A stretch of DNA of 64,000 nucleotides. Origin: Abditibacteriaceae bacterium. Its GTDB lineage: Bacteria; Armatimonadota; Abditibacteriia; Abditibacteriales; Abditibacteriaceae. The stretch spans positions 1 to 64,000 of the forward strand of contig JANPJS010000143.1 in assembly GCA_031425655.1 (NCBI GenBank), in the 5' to 3' direction. Numbering within the stretch: the first letter of the stretch is position 1; each line of letters starts with the position of its first letter. A program made the position numbers and the translations under genes. Shown in pieces: positions 35,901 to 45,377 of this stretch. Under the pieces are notes generated by a model that saw nothing but the letters and a program-made list of their open reading frames with translations, was not told the origin of the DNA and ran no database searches.

Positions 35901-37804
35901 TAGGTCGGAGTGGTGACGATTGTATTGGACGGCGGCGAAATCAGGTTGACTCTGGGCAGCACTTGCGCCGTGAAATTGACGCCGATTCGGCTGGGGCCGA
36001 GGAAAACTTCGCGCTGATTCGGCACGAAGATATAACTTGTATGCTCCGCAAACACTTTGGTGACGCCCGCGGGCAGGCCGCTCAAAGTGTAATCGCCGTT
36101 GGCGTCCGTATAAGTTGAAACACCGAAAGTTTCCGCCGTGATCAGCACACGCCGCACGCCGGTTACCCTGTCGGCGAGAACCACGCGGCCCTTGATGGTA
36201 AAATTGCCCGCCGGCGTGGCCTGCAAGGCGCGCAGCGCGTTAATGCGCCCGGCGCCGTAGAGATCGCTGTGCCCGGTGACGGGATCGTATTTCGCATTGG
36301 CTCTATCAATTTTATCGGCGGTTTGCTGCAATCGCTGCTGCACCGCAATGTAGGTCAGGCTGGGATCGCGCGACAACACGAGGGCCGCAACGCCCGATAC
36401 GATGGCGCAGGCCGCACTGGTGCCGGCAAAATCCTGTGTGCCATCGAAATTGGTCACATATTCGCCGGAGGTGTAGCCGCGCGGGCCGGAAACGTCGGTT
36501 GTGGTCAGGCCGCCGAAAAAGGTATTTTCTCCGCCGGGTGCGACCAGATCGAGAGCGGCGCCAAAGTTCGAGAAAGCCGACTTCACATCCTGATTAGTGG
36601 ACGAGCCGACCGCGAGGACTCGGCTGTTAGCCGCGTAAACGTTGGTGCTGACATTAACGTTGCCGTTGCCCGCTGCGAATACCACCACGCAGCCTTTGCC
36701 GCCGCGCCCTGTCGTCGTGGCGTAATTAATGGCATCGCGCGTGACATCGGGCAGTGTGGTCAGCGGAGTTTCCGGCTCCCAACTGTTATTGATGACATCG
36801 GCGCCGCGATTGGCGGCCCAACGAAAGGCTTCGGCTTCATCGGCGAAGGTTCGGCCCGGCGCGATCAAGCGAATCGGCATGATCTTGCAATAAGGCGCCA
36901 CGCCGACGCCGCCCAAACGATTGTTGGCCGTCGCCGCGATGAGACCGGCGATAGCAGTGCCGTGATTTTCGGTCGTAAGATTATCGGGCCGGGGATCGCC
37001 GTCGTTGCCGATGACATCGCGCGGCGACACAATTCTGCCGCGCAGGTCTTCGTGATCAATATCAATTCCCGTATCAATGACCGCAATCGTGATGGCGGAG
37101 CTGCCCAGCGTAAGATTCCACGCCGGCACCGCTTTGATGTCGGCGCCCGGCGTGCCGCCGTTTTGTCCTGAGTTCCTCAAGTGCCATTGCTGGGCGTAAA
37201 GCGGGTCGCTCGGCACGAACGCTTTTTTCACCGGCCAGATGAAGTTCGGTTGCGACCATTGCACTTCGCTTTTTTGGTGCAGCGCGTTAGCCGCGTCCAT
37301 CGCCGTAGTGCTGGTATGAACGTAAGCGTGAAAGCCGTTCGGCGAACTCGCGCCGATAGCTTCGCCCAGTTTGGCGCCCACATTGAGCGCTAATTGCCGC
37401 GCGCGTTCAAGGGAAACGCCGCTTTTGAAGCGCACTAAAATCTCGTCGGTTTCGACAATCGGCGGCAGCGAGCCATTTTTGAAAGCGCGAATGGCGCGTT
37501 TCACATTTTTGGCCGAGGCCGCGCGGGCGCCTTTGGGGAAAAGCACGATGTTGCGGCGCGCGTAAATTTGCGCGGAGCCGTCTGACGGCAGGGCAGCGCC
37601 CGCTGACAATTGCACGCCGCTCCAATTGGAAGCGGGTTGCAGCGACACTTTTTGCCCACCTGAGTAGAAAAACGTGGCTTTCTGCACCCCGGCGTGCGCC
37701 GAAGGCAAACTACAAAGCACGCCCGCAAAGAGCGCGACAAACCAGAGGCCGGCACAATTTTGCCCGAAGGCCAAGCGCCGAAGAGGCAGCGACCACAATT
37801 TCAT
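32903..37804 (-). CDS. Secreted S8 subtilisin/kexin-like protease with two P-domains, carboxypeptidase-regulatory-like repeats and Ig-like domains
   Basis: Catalytic motifs VIDTG, NHGTAIAG and FAGTSAA; ISHPRVQDL / ILHDFVGDL P-domains; repeated T..NG.Y....L..G.Y.VTP units; signal peptide. Confidence 0.9.
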   Translation of the reverse strand: MKLWSLPLRRLAFGQNCAGLWFVALFAGVLCSLPSAHAGVQKATFFYSGGQKVSLQPASNWSGVQLSAGAALPSDGSAQIYARRNIVLFPKGARAASAKNVKRAIRAFKNGSLPPIVETDEILVRFKSGVSLERARQLALNVGAKLGEAIGASSPNGFHAYVHTSTTAMDAANALHQKSEVQWSQPNFIWPVKKAFVPSDPLYAQQWHLRNSGQNGGTPGADIKAVPAWNLTLGSSAITIAVIDTGIDIDHEDLRGRIVSPRDVIGNDGDPRPDNLTTENHGTAIAGLIAATANNRLGGVGVAPYCKIMPIRLIAPGRTFADEAEAFRWAANRGADVINNSWEPETPLTTLPDVTRDAINYATTTGRGGKGCVVVFAAGNGNVNVSTNVYAANSRVLAVGSSTNQDVKSAFSNFGAALDLVAPGGENTFFGGLTTTDVSGPRGYTSGEYVTNFDGTQDFAGTSAACAIVSGVAALVLSRDPSLTYIAVQQRLQQTADKIDRANAKYDPVTGHSDLYGAGRINALRALQATPAGNFTIKGRVVLADRVTGVRRVLITAETFGVSTYTDANGDYTLSGLPAGVTKVFAEHTSYIFVPNQREVFLGPSRIGVNFTAQVLPRVNLISPPSNTIVTTPTYLLSATTANNTLTSSVDFERSGDPVRFNRSPSLPIPDATGFGNTQPGIATDSLAVSQSGDIASISVSVNISHPRVQDLVITLITPDKRRILLSANNGSGVSLVTTFESVPIGPSKIAGVYQLELVDTAPDFFGSGQDGTLVSWSLIITPWVNIGTDATPNALSQFTATWDITATPPGDYLVRAVTTVDGRVFEDIHNSIVIPEPSILLQSPPTDSTITGLYTLRAKGTNFVTIQDVEFSQRRAASTFSKGSTAAPLNIPIPDMATITDTITIPGGGVAQTASLNVDILHDFVGDLKISLITPDGQSIVVFNNPANSGTRLRKSFDLPTLVGKAISGQYTLKIEDTATPDVGTLLSYGLTFSAPWVPIGSDTAPSAAGIYTFDFNTQSLPGGIYDFRAVATTTRGAIEDVHTNVTVISSTLPTYTISGVVKKGSALLAGVTITRSGGGVSNATAVTNSSGVYTLPAAPNGDFVVTPTLSGHSFVPFNQRVHLENGDVINVNFAAVAGAAINGRITDSAGNGLAGIAVKRSGSSLAQVTNADGGYQFVGLASGTFTITPAQEGFAFTPQTRTVSVGTVAVNDVNFSATSGFVIKGRITTSSGAPIANVTVARSSSIFTTTNLNGEYTLNAVPNGNFNVTPSRSGFIFQPTTRLVTVNGASVFGVDFEAAQGVTISGRATNSSSAAIAGARIELQGVGILVSATTNAQGFYSFDSVTPGNYILRATGGGYAFSPRERAVSVSSTAIANQNFLGSVDTVPPTVKTTQPTARLYSALSVASGTASDSSSGVARVTGRLFRFANGAVPAGYWAGGDSWTTGESAANEIVATGTTNWVLNLPALPTNTYTFRATATDNAGNRTSDTPVTFTTDSTGPQIVVTAPINTDYDVVPPARAEGTTQDDESDVARVTIRLFRFATDTTPAGYWAGGTTWTANAGAANEILAMGTTNWEAWLPDLPSNTYTLRASARDSAGNTSTVPEVTFTTGTTRLPASASAIGNSAPSK

Positions 37805-38035
37805 ACGATTCCTTTGCGCGGGTGCGACTTAAATTGACAGAAGTGTCGTTTAGAGAATGAAACACTCGGAACGGTTCCGAATCACTAAGATTTTACCGTG
37901 CCGATGAAACTTTCACCATAAATCATTGCGAAGGACAGCGGCAGGCAAAGCGTTAGCTCGGCAAAGTCACAAATCGCAATTTGCGATGAGCAATTCAAAA
38001 CTCAAAACTCAAAACTCTCAAAGTGTCTGGCGTTT

Positions 38036-39001
38036 TTGGCATTCTTCGCAATCGTGACGGCTTTGGCCTGCGTGTGGAGCGCGGACGTGCCTTTCGCTGA
38101 TTTATGGTCGTCAAACGAGGCCTCGCGCGCTGTCGCCGAGCAGATTTACCGCGAAAATCGCTTTCCGCGCGTTTTGGCGGCGATTTTAGTCGGCGCGGCT
38201 TTGGCGTCGTCGGGTGCAGCGTTGCAGGCCGTGTTTCGCAACCCTCTGGCCGAACCGTATTTGCTGGGAATTTCGGCGGGTGGCGCGTTGGGCGCGACAC
38301 TGGCGACGGCGCTGGATTTTCCGTCGTGGGGCGGTTTTCAAGCGGCGGTATTATTGGCGTTCGTCGGCGCTTTAATGGCCTCGCTCATCGTTTACAAACT
38401 CGGACAACCGCGCGAAGGCAGCTACGTTTTAGGTTTCGACCGCTCCGGTTTGCTGCTGTGCGGCGTGGCGTTATCGTCGTTTTTCGCGGCGCTGATGGCG
38501 CTTGTCATCACGTTGTCCTCGAAGCCGCAATTAGCGCAGCAGGCGACATTCTGGCTTTTGGGCGGCCTAACGCGCGCTTATTGGCCGGAAATTGCAGTTT
38601 TAGGCGTTTCGATGGCGCTCGGACTGGCGATTTTATTGATGAGCGCCCGCGACGTGGACGCTTTGCAAGTCGGCGACGAAGAAGCCGCCGGTTTGGGCGT
38701 GGACGTGGCGCGCATTCATCGTCGCTTGCTTTTAGCCGCTTCGCTGATGAGCGCCGCCGCCGTCGCCGCCGCCGGTTTAATCGGATTCGTCGGACTTTTG
38801 GCGCCGCATATTATGCGGTTGAGTTTTGGCAACGGCGCGCGGCGTTTATTTCCGGCTGCGGCCCTCGGCGGTGCAACGCTGCTTGTGGCTTGCGATGCCG
38901 TCGCGCATTTGGTTTTGCCGCCGATTGAGATTCCCGTCGGCATCATCACCTCGCTGCTCGGTGTGCCGCTGTTTTTGTGGCTGACGAAGAAGGGTGGTTA
39001 G
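38036..39001 (+). CDS. FecCD/BtuC-family ABC permease (cobalamin or iron chelate)
   Basis: Motifs RFPRV, FRNPLAEPYLLG, WLLGGL, EAAGLGV, IGFVGL and EIPVG. The start is uncertain. Confidence 0.9.
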   Translation: MAFFAIVTALACVWSADVPFADLWSSNEASRAVAEQIYRENRFPRVLAAILVGAALASSGAALQAVFRNPLAEPYLLGISAGGALGATLATALDFPSWGGFQAAVLLAFVGALMASLIVYKLGQPREGSYVLGFDRSGLLLCGVALSSFFAALMALVITLSSKPQLAQQATFWLLGGLTRAYWPEIAVLGVSMALGLAILLMSARDVDALQVGDEEAAGLGVDVARIHRRLLLAASLMSAAAVAAAGLIGFVGLLAPHIMRLSFGNGARRLFPAAALGGATLLVACDAVAHLVLPPIEIPVGIITSLLGVPLFLWLTKKGG

Positions 39002-39051
39002 GTGGATGGGTGGATGGGTTGTTGAGTCGCGGAACCCACTGCATGGCACTC

Positions 39052-39240
39052 TAAAAGTCTGTGCTCAAAAAGAGTTATTCAGTCCGTTGCCATTGAGTGG
39101 CAAAAAATTGAGTGGCAAAAAATGGTGAAAAAGTGGGATTTCTCATCCGAAATGCCATGGATGCCCTTATTTTTTGCCACTCAATTTTTTGCCGTTGGGC
39201 CGTTTTTACCCAAATAACTTTATTCGAGCACAGACTCTAA
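39052..39240. mobile_element. MITE-like element between the ABC permease and ATPase genes
   Basis: TIRs TAAAAGTCTGTGCTCAAAAGAGTTATT / AATAACTTTATTCGAGCACAGACTCTAA, with internal GGCAAAAAATTGAGT inverted repeats. Confidence 0.7.
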
Positions 39241-39251
39241 CCACCAGCATC

Positions 39252-40040
39252 ATGCTTGAAATCGAAAATATTAGCGCCGGATACGGCGCCAAACTCGTGC
39301 TGCACGAGGTTTCGCTGCGCGTCGCGCCGGGCGAAGTGACGGCGGTCATCGGGCCGAACGGCTGCGGCAAATCCACGCTTTTGCGTTGCGCGGCGGGATT
39401 GCTGCGGCTGCATTCAGGCGCGGTGCGATTGGGCGGCGACGAAATTTCATCGCTGGATGCGCGCGAACGGGCGCGGCGCGTGGCGCTGCTTCCCCAAAGT
39501 TTCGAGGGCGGCGGCGAATTGACGGTCGAAGAAATGACGGCGCTGGGTCGCACGCCGCATTTGCCGCCTTATGGCGCGTTGTCCACTCACGACCGTGACA
39601 TCGTGCGGCGCTCGCTCGAATCTGTCGGCGCGATGGAGTTCGCCGGGCGGCGCGTCGGTCAGCTTTCGGGCGGCGAGCGTCAGCGCGTTTTGCTGGCGCG
39701 AGCTTTAGCGCAGGAGCCGAAAATTCTTTTGCTCGACGAGCCGATTTCCAGCCTTGATATTCGCTATCAATGCGAGATTCTCGACCTTGTCCGTAAATTG
39801 GCGCGGCGCGAAAATTTAGCGGTCGTCGCGGTTTTGCACCAGATTAATCTCGCCGCTGCCGTTGCCGATTCGATGCTTTTGCTCGATGCGGGCCGCGTTC
39901 GCGCGCACGGCACGCCGGGCCAAGTGATGACGCAGGAGTTGCTGCAAAGCGTCTTCGCCGCGCCGTTGCGCGTGCAGTTGCATCCGCTCAGCGGCAAACC
40001 GCAGGCGCAGATGATGTGGGATTTTGGGAATATCGAATGA
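39252..40040 (+). CDS. ABC ATPase (FepC/BtuD-like)
   Basis: Motifs GPNGCGKST, LSGGERQRV, LLDEP and LH. Confidence 0.92.
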   Translation: MLEIENISAGYGAKLVLHEVSLRVAPGEVTAVIGPNGCGKSTLLRCAAGLLRLHSGAVRLGGDEISSLDARERARRVALLPQSFEGGGELTVEEMTALGRTPHLPPYGALSTHDRDIVRRSLESVGAMEFAGRRVGQLSGGERQRVLLARALAQEPKILLLDEPISSLDIRYQCEILDLVRKLARRENLAVVAVLHQINLAAAVADSMLLLDAGRVRAHGTPGQVMTQELLQSVFAAPLRVQLHPLSGKPQAQMMWDFGNIE

Positions 40041-40073
40041 TGAACAAGGAATGTCGAATGGATTGTGCCTTCG

Positions 40074-40625
40074 TCATTCAACGTTCCTTGTTCGATATTC
40101 GATATTTCTCAGCCGTTCCAGCGCCAGCGCATCGCGGCGGCACAGCCAGAGCGGAACCATGCCCACGACGCCGAACGAGCAGTCAATCAGGCGCCAGTAA
40201 AAGGGAATATCGCGCAACGGGCCGCAAATTAAAGCGAGTGGCAAAATACCGACGCAGGCGATCATCGCCCACTCAAAAATCCAGACATTTTTCACCGGAT
40301 CGCGCCACGGCCCGATGAACGCGGTCGCAATCACCAGATGCGCGAAAGCCAGCCAATCGGTGCCGTAGGCCATGAATGGATAACGCGCGTAAGTTTCGCG
40401 CAGGCCATCGCGCACGGTGGCAATCCAGAAGCGCAAGCCGCTGTAATCGCCGGGCACGCTGCCTTCAGCGATGCCCAGCCAGCGCGCCAAAAGATTCAAT
40501 TCCCATTCGAGGGGAAACGCCGTCAGCCCGCTTAGCACCAGCCCGATAATAAAAGCGGCGAGAACTACGCGCAAGCGGCGCAAAATGCGTTGCTCGGCGG
40601 CCAAATTCGAGATTTGTGTGTTCAT
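40074..40625 (-). CDS. Conserved hypothetical membrane protein
   Basis: LSGLTAFPL...YGTDWLAFAH...GPWRDPVKN...LIDCSFG; about 4 TM segments. Confidence 0.75.
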   Translation of the reverse strand: MNTQISNLAAEQRILRRLRVVLAAFIIGLVLSGLTAFPLEWELNLLARWLGIAEGSVPGDYSGLRFWIATVRDGLRETYARYPFMAYGTDWLAFAHLVIATAFIGPWRDPVKNVWIFEWAMIACVGILPLALICGPLRDIPFYWRLIDCSFGVVGMVPLWLCRRDALALERLRNIEYRTRNVE

Positions 40626-40732
40626 AAAAGGCATTTTGGCAGCCTCGCGCGGCACTTTCGGGCACTCAAGTGCGCTAAACAACGGCTTTATCAATATCTG
40701 TTACAATGAAGTCAACCTTTTTGGAGTTAATT

Positions 40733-43700
40733 ATGAAAAATCATTGTGTTGGTCGGGCCGGCGCTGCGTTGGCGCTTTTAACCGGGTTGCTGGGTTTTGG
40801 CGGAGACGCGAAGGCAAAGCCAGCCCAAAGCGGGCCTGCTTCCGCGTCGTTCGCGGCGGCGGGAGCCACTTCTACGCCGATTCCCCTTGTCGCTTATTGG
40901 GATCCGTGGGGCTTGTCGCAAAACCGTTGGTGGGACATCGCTTCTTACCGCAGCGGTTCGACCGATTTCTACAATCAATACAACGCCTTCGCGCCGTATA
41001 ACTACAACGCGACGACCGGCGAATACGACACAGCTTCGTTCAAATACGGCACGAATGGCTCGGTCACGGTGAGCTACGATACGGCGCCCAGCGTGCCATA
41101 TTTTGTGGCGCACATCTCGGCGACGGGGCTGAAACCCAACTTCGCTTATCAGATGAAACTGATCGGCAAGCCGGTTTCCGGCTCACCGGAGGACGCGGCC
41201 AAAAAAGGCCGGGGCTTCGGGCCATACACCAAACGCAGCGCCACCAAAGGCATTATCAGCGTGATGGACGGCAACGGCGAAGACTGGGCCAACGAAACCA
41301 TCGGCAAAATCGGGCGCTGGTGGAACGATTCGCTGCAAGGCTCTTCGACCAACGCCGTCACCGACAGCGTTTTCAACTCAACCTATCCCAACGAAACCAT
41401 CTACGGCTACATTTTCATGGGCGACTTCGTAACCGATGCCAGCGGCAACGCCGAAGTGGACATCACCGGGCAAAACAATTATCACATTACCTTCCAGAAT
41501 TGGCAGACGGGCGGCGATGTGCGCATGGTGCAAAACGGCACTCCGGCGCAGCTTACCGATGGCAGCGGCAACAAATATTTCAGCATTACCGGTTCGCCGT
41601 CGGCGGCTCCGTATTACGGTTATGGCTCAGCCGCGCCTTCAACGAACGTCGCGCAGGCCAACGGCTTGGCCAATGTTTACCTGTGGTATCAATACGAATC
41701 GAGCATGACGGCGGGACGGCCTCAGCAAGTCAATCTGCCGCCGGGCCAGTATCGCTGCCGCCTGATGCTGACCGAAGAAAGTTTTCACAATAATTACGGC
41801 GCCACAAGCAGCAATTACGGCGGTCGCTGGAAATGCGTGTTGGCGACTGAAGACTTCGCCAAAGACGGCTTTGGCCAGCCTGTTTGGGATGTCAACGGCA
41901 ACGGCCAGCCGGACACCAACCCGAATAACGACATCGTTTTCAACATCCGCGATGCGCAAGGCAATCTGGTGGCGCCGCCCGCGGCTCCCACAGCACTAAG
42001 CGCCACCACCGGCGCCGACAGCGGAGCCAATCCGACCATCAATTTGTCGTGGACGGCTCCCGCCGGTTTAGGCGTGAAGGACTATTACAAGATCAAGCGC
42101 ACGCAGACGAGCGGCAGCTTGTATACGACTATCGCCGGAGGCGTCAACACGCGCAGCACCAGCTTTAGCGATGCCACCGTTATCGGCGGAAACACTTATT
42201 ACTACGTCGTTTCCGCCGTGAAATCGGGTGTCGAAGGCCCAAATTCCGCTGAGATCAGCACGGTTGCGCCCGCAACGCCCATTACTTTGGTCGCAACGGC
42301 TGGCAACGCCAGCGTCGGATTATCGTGGACGGCGCGTGCCGGCGCCACGAGTTACATCGTCAAGCGCGGCGCCGTAACGGGCGGCCCTTACGCCACCGTC
42401 GGCACTACCACTTCGAGCGTGACGACTTACAACAACACGGGCTTGCTCAACGGCACGCCTTACTATTACGTGATTTTGGCGGTCAATCCGACCGGGCCGC
42501 ACACCGGCTCCAACGAAGCGAGTGCCACGCCCAACCTTCCGGCTCCTGCGGCGCCCAGCATTCTGACGGCAACGGCGGTTTCGTTTTGCCAGATTGACGT
42601 GGCCTGGCAGGACACTCCGAGCAACGCAACCAGTTACGAAGTCGAGCGAGCGACCAACGTCGCCGACCCCTTTGCCTTTGCCTTGCTGGCCACGGTCGGC
42701 GCCAACGTCAGGACGTATTCCGATACCAACGTGCCGGACAACACCGCCACTTATTACTACCGCGTCCGCGCTGTTCGCGATTTGGGCGGCGGCACCGTGC
42801 TCCTGTCGAATTACAGCAACACGGATGGCGATTCGACCGGCAACGGCAGCGTGCAATTGGCTGCGCCGGCGAATTTGAATGCCACTGCCGGCGATGCTCA
42901 AGTTTCCTTGTCGTGGACGGCCAGCGGTTGCGCCACAGGTTACAACGTCAAGAGATACGACCCGACAACCGGACTCGTCACGGTCTTTTACGTCGAGGCT
43001 CCGTCCACTGCCTTCGTGGACACCGGTTTGACGAACGGCGTGACTTACGACTACGTGGTTTCTGCGGTTGATGCTGCGACTAATCCCGCAGTTGAAAGCG
43101 CCGATTCAAATGTAGCCAGCGCCACGCCGGGAACTCCGGCGGCACCGAGCAATCTGACGGCGACACCGGCGGTGAGCAATCAGATTTATCGCATTGATCT
43201 GGCCTGGGTGGACAACGCCACCAATGAAACCGGCTTTAAGATCGAGCGCGCCGCCAGCGCAACCGGCCCTTTCACGCTGTTGGCTACGCTCGGCGCCAAT
43301 GCGGCGGCCTATTCAGACCTTAATGGTGGCGGCGGTTTGGCGCCTGCGACGACCTACTATTACCGGGTCTCTGCCGTCAATGACCTTGGCGCTTCGGCTT
43401 ACAGCGCTGCAAATGCCACCACAGCGCCGCCGGTCGCTGCGGCTCCGACGAATCTGGCTGCCTCCGCCAATAACGTGGGCGCTACCGATGTCACTTTGAC
43501 CTGGACTCTCAGCGCGGGCGCGGCCAGTTACAACGTGAAGCGCAGCACGACCAGCGGCAGCGGCTACGTAACCGTCGGCACGGCGACGACGGGCAGCTAT
43601 GCGGACACAGCCGCGAAGTCGGTTGACACCGTTTACTACTACGTCGTTACGGCTGTCAATGCCGCAGGCGAAAGCGGTGTTTCCGCCAAGGCCAGCGTCG

Positions 43701-44209
43701 TCTTTTTGAAGCCGAGCGACGATGCCCACGTGCGCGCCGGCAGTTACGCGAATACCATTTTCGGCAGCGCGACGACTCTGGAAGTAAAAACCAGCACCTC
43801 GGCCAAGGAGAATCGCGATGCTTATTTCAAGTTCAGTCTTAACGGCATCAGCAGCGTGAGCAGCGCCAAACTGTGGATTTATGCCGGCTTGTCGGCCAGT
43901 GGGAGCTTCACGACCACGCTGTATCAAACGTCGAATGCCTACCTCGGCACAACCACGCCGTGGGTGCAGAGCGGTATTAAGTGGAGCAACAAGCCGGCTC
44001 TCGGCAGTGTCCTCACGACCAGCGCCGCTGTGAACACGACGACTCTCAAATGGTATTCCCTGCCTGTAACGGGAAGCTACGTCTCCGGGAAAGTAAGCGA
44101 AGGCGCAGTCAGCATGGCGCTTCACAACGGAAGCAACACCAGCCCGTATACCAAGGTGAACTCCAGGGAAAACACCAGCTTCCCCCTGTTAGTCATCACC
44201 GGCAACTAA
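40733..44209 (+). CDS. Secreted protein: unknown N-terminal domain, about six fibronectin type III repeats, C-terminal DNRLRE/CBM96-like domain
   Basis: Signal peptide; repeated P..L.A....L.W....A.SY.VKR...TYYY.V.AVN units; DAHVRAG...RDAYFKF...NSRE. Confidence 0.85.
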   Translation: MKNHCVGRAGAALALLTGLLGFGGDAKAKPAQSGPASASFAAAGATSTPIPLVAYWDPWGLSQNRWWDIASYRSGSTDFYNQYNAFAPYNYNATTGEYDTASFKYGTNGSVTVSYDTAPSVPYFVAHISATGLKPNFAYQMKLIGKPVSGSPEDAAKKGRGFGPYTKRSATKGIISVMDGNGEDWANETIGKIGRWWNDSLQGSSTNAVTDSVFNSTYPNETIYGYIFMGDFVTDASGNAEVDITGQNNYHITFQNWQTGGDVRMVQNGTPAQLTDGSGNKYFSITGSPSAAPYYGYGSAAPSTNVAQANGLANVYLWYQYESSMTAGRPQQVNLPPGQYRCRLMLTEESFHNNYGATSSNYGGRWKCVLATEDFAKDGFGQPVWDVNGNGQPDTNPNNDIVFNIRDAQGNLVAPPAAPTALSATTGADSGANPTINLSWTAPAGLGVKDYYKIKRTQTSGSLYTTIAGGVNTRSTSFSDATVIGGNTYYYVVSAVKSGVEGPNSAEISTVAPATPITLVATAGNASVGLSWTARAGATSYIVKRGAVTGGPYATVGTTTSSVTTYNNTGLLNGTPYYYVILAVNPTGPHTGSNEASATPNLPAPAAPSILTATAVSFCQIDVAWQDTPSNATSYEVERATNVADPFAFALLATVGANVRTYSDTNVPDNTATYYYRVRAVRDLGGGTVLLSNYSNTDGDSTGNGSVQLAAPANLNATAGDAQVSLSWTASGCATGYNVKRYDPTTGLVTVFYVEAPSTAFVDTGLTNGVTYDYVVSAVDAATNPAVESADSNVASATPGTPAAPSNLTATPAVSNQIYRIDLAWVDNATNETGFKIERAASATGPFTLLATLGANAAAYSDLNGGGGLAPATTYYYRVSAVNDLGASAYSAANATTAPPVAAAPTNLAASANNVGATDVTLTWTLSAGAASYNVKRSTTSGSGYVTVGTATTGSYADTAAKSVDTVYYYVVTAVNAAGESGVSAKASVVFLKPSDDAHVRAGSYANTIFGSATTLEVKTSTSAKENRDAYFKFSLNGISSVSSAKLWIYAGLSASGSFTTTLYQTSNAYLGTTTPWVQSGIKWSNKPALGSVLTTSAAVNTTTLKWYSLPVTGSYVSGKVSEGAVSMALHNGSNTSPYTKVNSRENTSFPLLVITGN

Positions 44210-44244
44210 GGTCTGTGATCTCACGGACAGTCTGAACGGAGCGC

Positions 44245-44280
44245 AAAAAGAACCGGCGACACCTGTCGCCGGTTCTTTTT
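44245..44280 (+). terminator. Intrinsic terminator
   Basis: AAAAAGAACCGGCGACA-CC-TGTCGCCGGTTCTTTTT. Confidence 0.85.
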
Positions 44281-44339
44281 GTTCTTTTTCAACCGCCGCA
44301 TTCAAGACTAAAAACGGAGACTACGCTATAATTCTCGCC

Positions 44340-45290
44340 GTGTCTGGATGGAAGATTTGTGGCTTTTGCGCGTTGACTTTAACCTTGTTGGCCGGCTGTT
44401 CACGCGACTCGTCACAGGTGCCTGCCACGACTTCGGCGCCCGCTTCGGCGCTGCCGCGCGACGATTTGGGCCGCGAAATCAAAGTTTCGTCGCCGCGCCG
44501 CATCATTTCGCTGGCGCCCGGCGTGACGGAAACGATTTTCGCGCTCGGTGCCGGCGACCGTTTGGTGGGGCGCGATCAAATGTCGGATTTCCCCGCAGCC
44601 GCCGCGAAAATCCCACAATCCGCCGATTTCAACGGGCCGTTTTTCGAGAAAGTCGTGGCCTTACGGCCCGATTTCATCATCGCGCAGGGTGAAACGCTCG
44701 ACCGCGCCCGCATCGAACTCTGGCAGCGCAAATGCGGCGCGCCGGTCGCGCTTCTCAACGCCAATACCGTTGACGGCGTGGAAAAAGGCATTGAGAAAAT
44801 CGCGGCATGGCTGGGCATGGCCGAAAAAAGCAAAAGCGTCACGCGTGATTTCCAGCTTGTCGGACGCCAAACGCAGCGCCGTCAAGCGTTTGTGCGCTGG
44901 CCTGCTTTCATCGAAGTTGGCCGTTCGCCGTTATGGAGCGCCGGAGAAGACACGCTCGTGGGCGATGTGCTGAAGCGCGCCGGCTTGGGCAACGTCGCAA
45001 AAATTAACGGTTATAAGCCGTTTAGCGCCGAAAGTCTGGCCAAAGCCTCTCCCGATTTCTACATCGTGACCAGCGCGAAGCCGGACATCGCGCGCACGCT
45101 GCGCGAACTTCGCGCCGTTCCCGCGCTGCGTGGCTTAAAATGTATTCGGAAAGGCCGCGTGATCGAGGTGCCCGCCGATTGGGTGCTGCGTCCCGGCCCG
45201 CGTCTGGCTCAAGGCATTGCGGAAATCACGCGACAACTAAGCGCCCTCGAAGCGCGCGATAGCAGCGAGCCGGGCGTGCTGAAGAAGTAG
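44340..45290 (+). CDS. BtuF-like periplasmic binding lipoprotein
   Basis: Lipobox LAGC; DDLGR, RIISLAPGVTE and RPGPRL. Confidence 0.88.
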   Translation: MSGWKICGFCALTLTLLAGCSRDSSQVPATTSAPASALPRDDLGREIKVSSPRRIISLAPGVTETIFALGAGDRLVGRDQMSDFPAAAAKIPQSADFNGPFFEKVVALRPDFIIAQGETLDRARIELWQRKCGAPVALLNANTVDGVEKGIEKIAAWLGMAEKSKSVTRDFQLVGRQTQRRQAFVRWPAFIEVGRSPLWSAGEDTLVGDVLKRAGLGNVAKINGYKPFSAESLAKASPDFYIVTSAKPDIARTLRELRAVPALRGLKCIRKGRVIEVPADWVLRPGPRLAQGIAEITRQLSALEARDSSEPGVLKK

Positions 45291-45377
45291 CTGGGTGGTT
45301 GGGTTGTTAGGTGGTAATTGGCAATGCGGTTAACCACCTAACAACCCAACCACCCAACAACCAAAACGGAGTTTCTC

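Noticed and set aside
37805..37985. Cobalamin riboswitch upstream of the ABC permease
   Set aside because: No GGGAA...GCCACTG or B12-box pattern is visible. Only a short palindrome, TCGGAACGGTTCCGA (~37865-37880), of unknown meaning.
45290..45377. glmS ribozyme upstream of glmS
   Set aside because: The gap is under 90 bp and is filled by a GGTGGTT-type inverted repeat. No ribozyme core is present.
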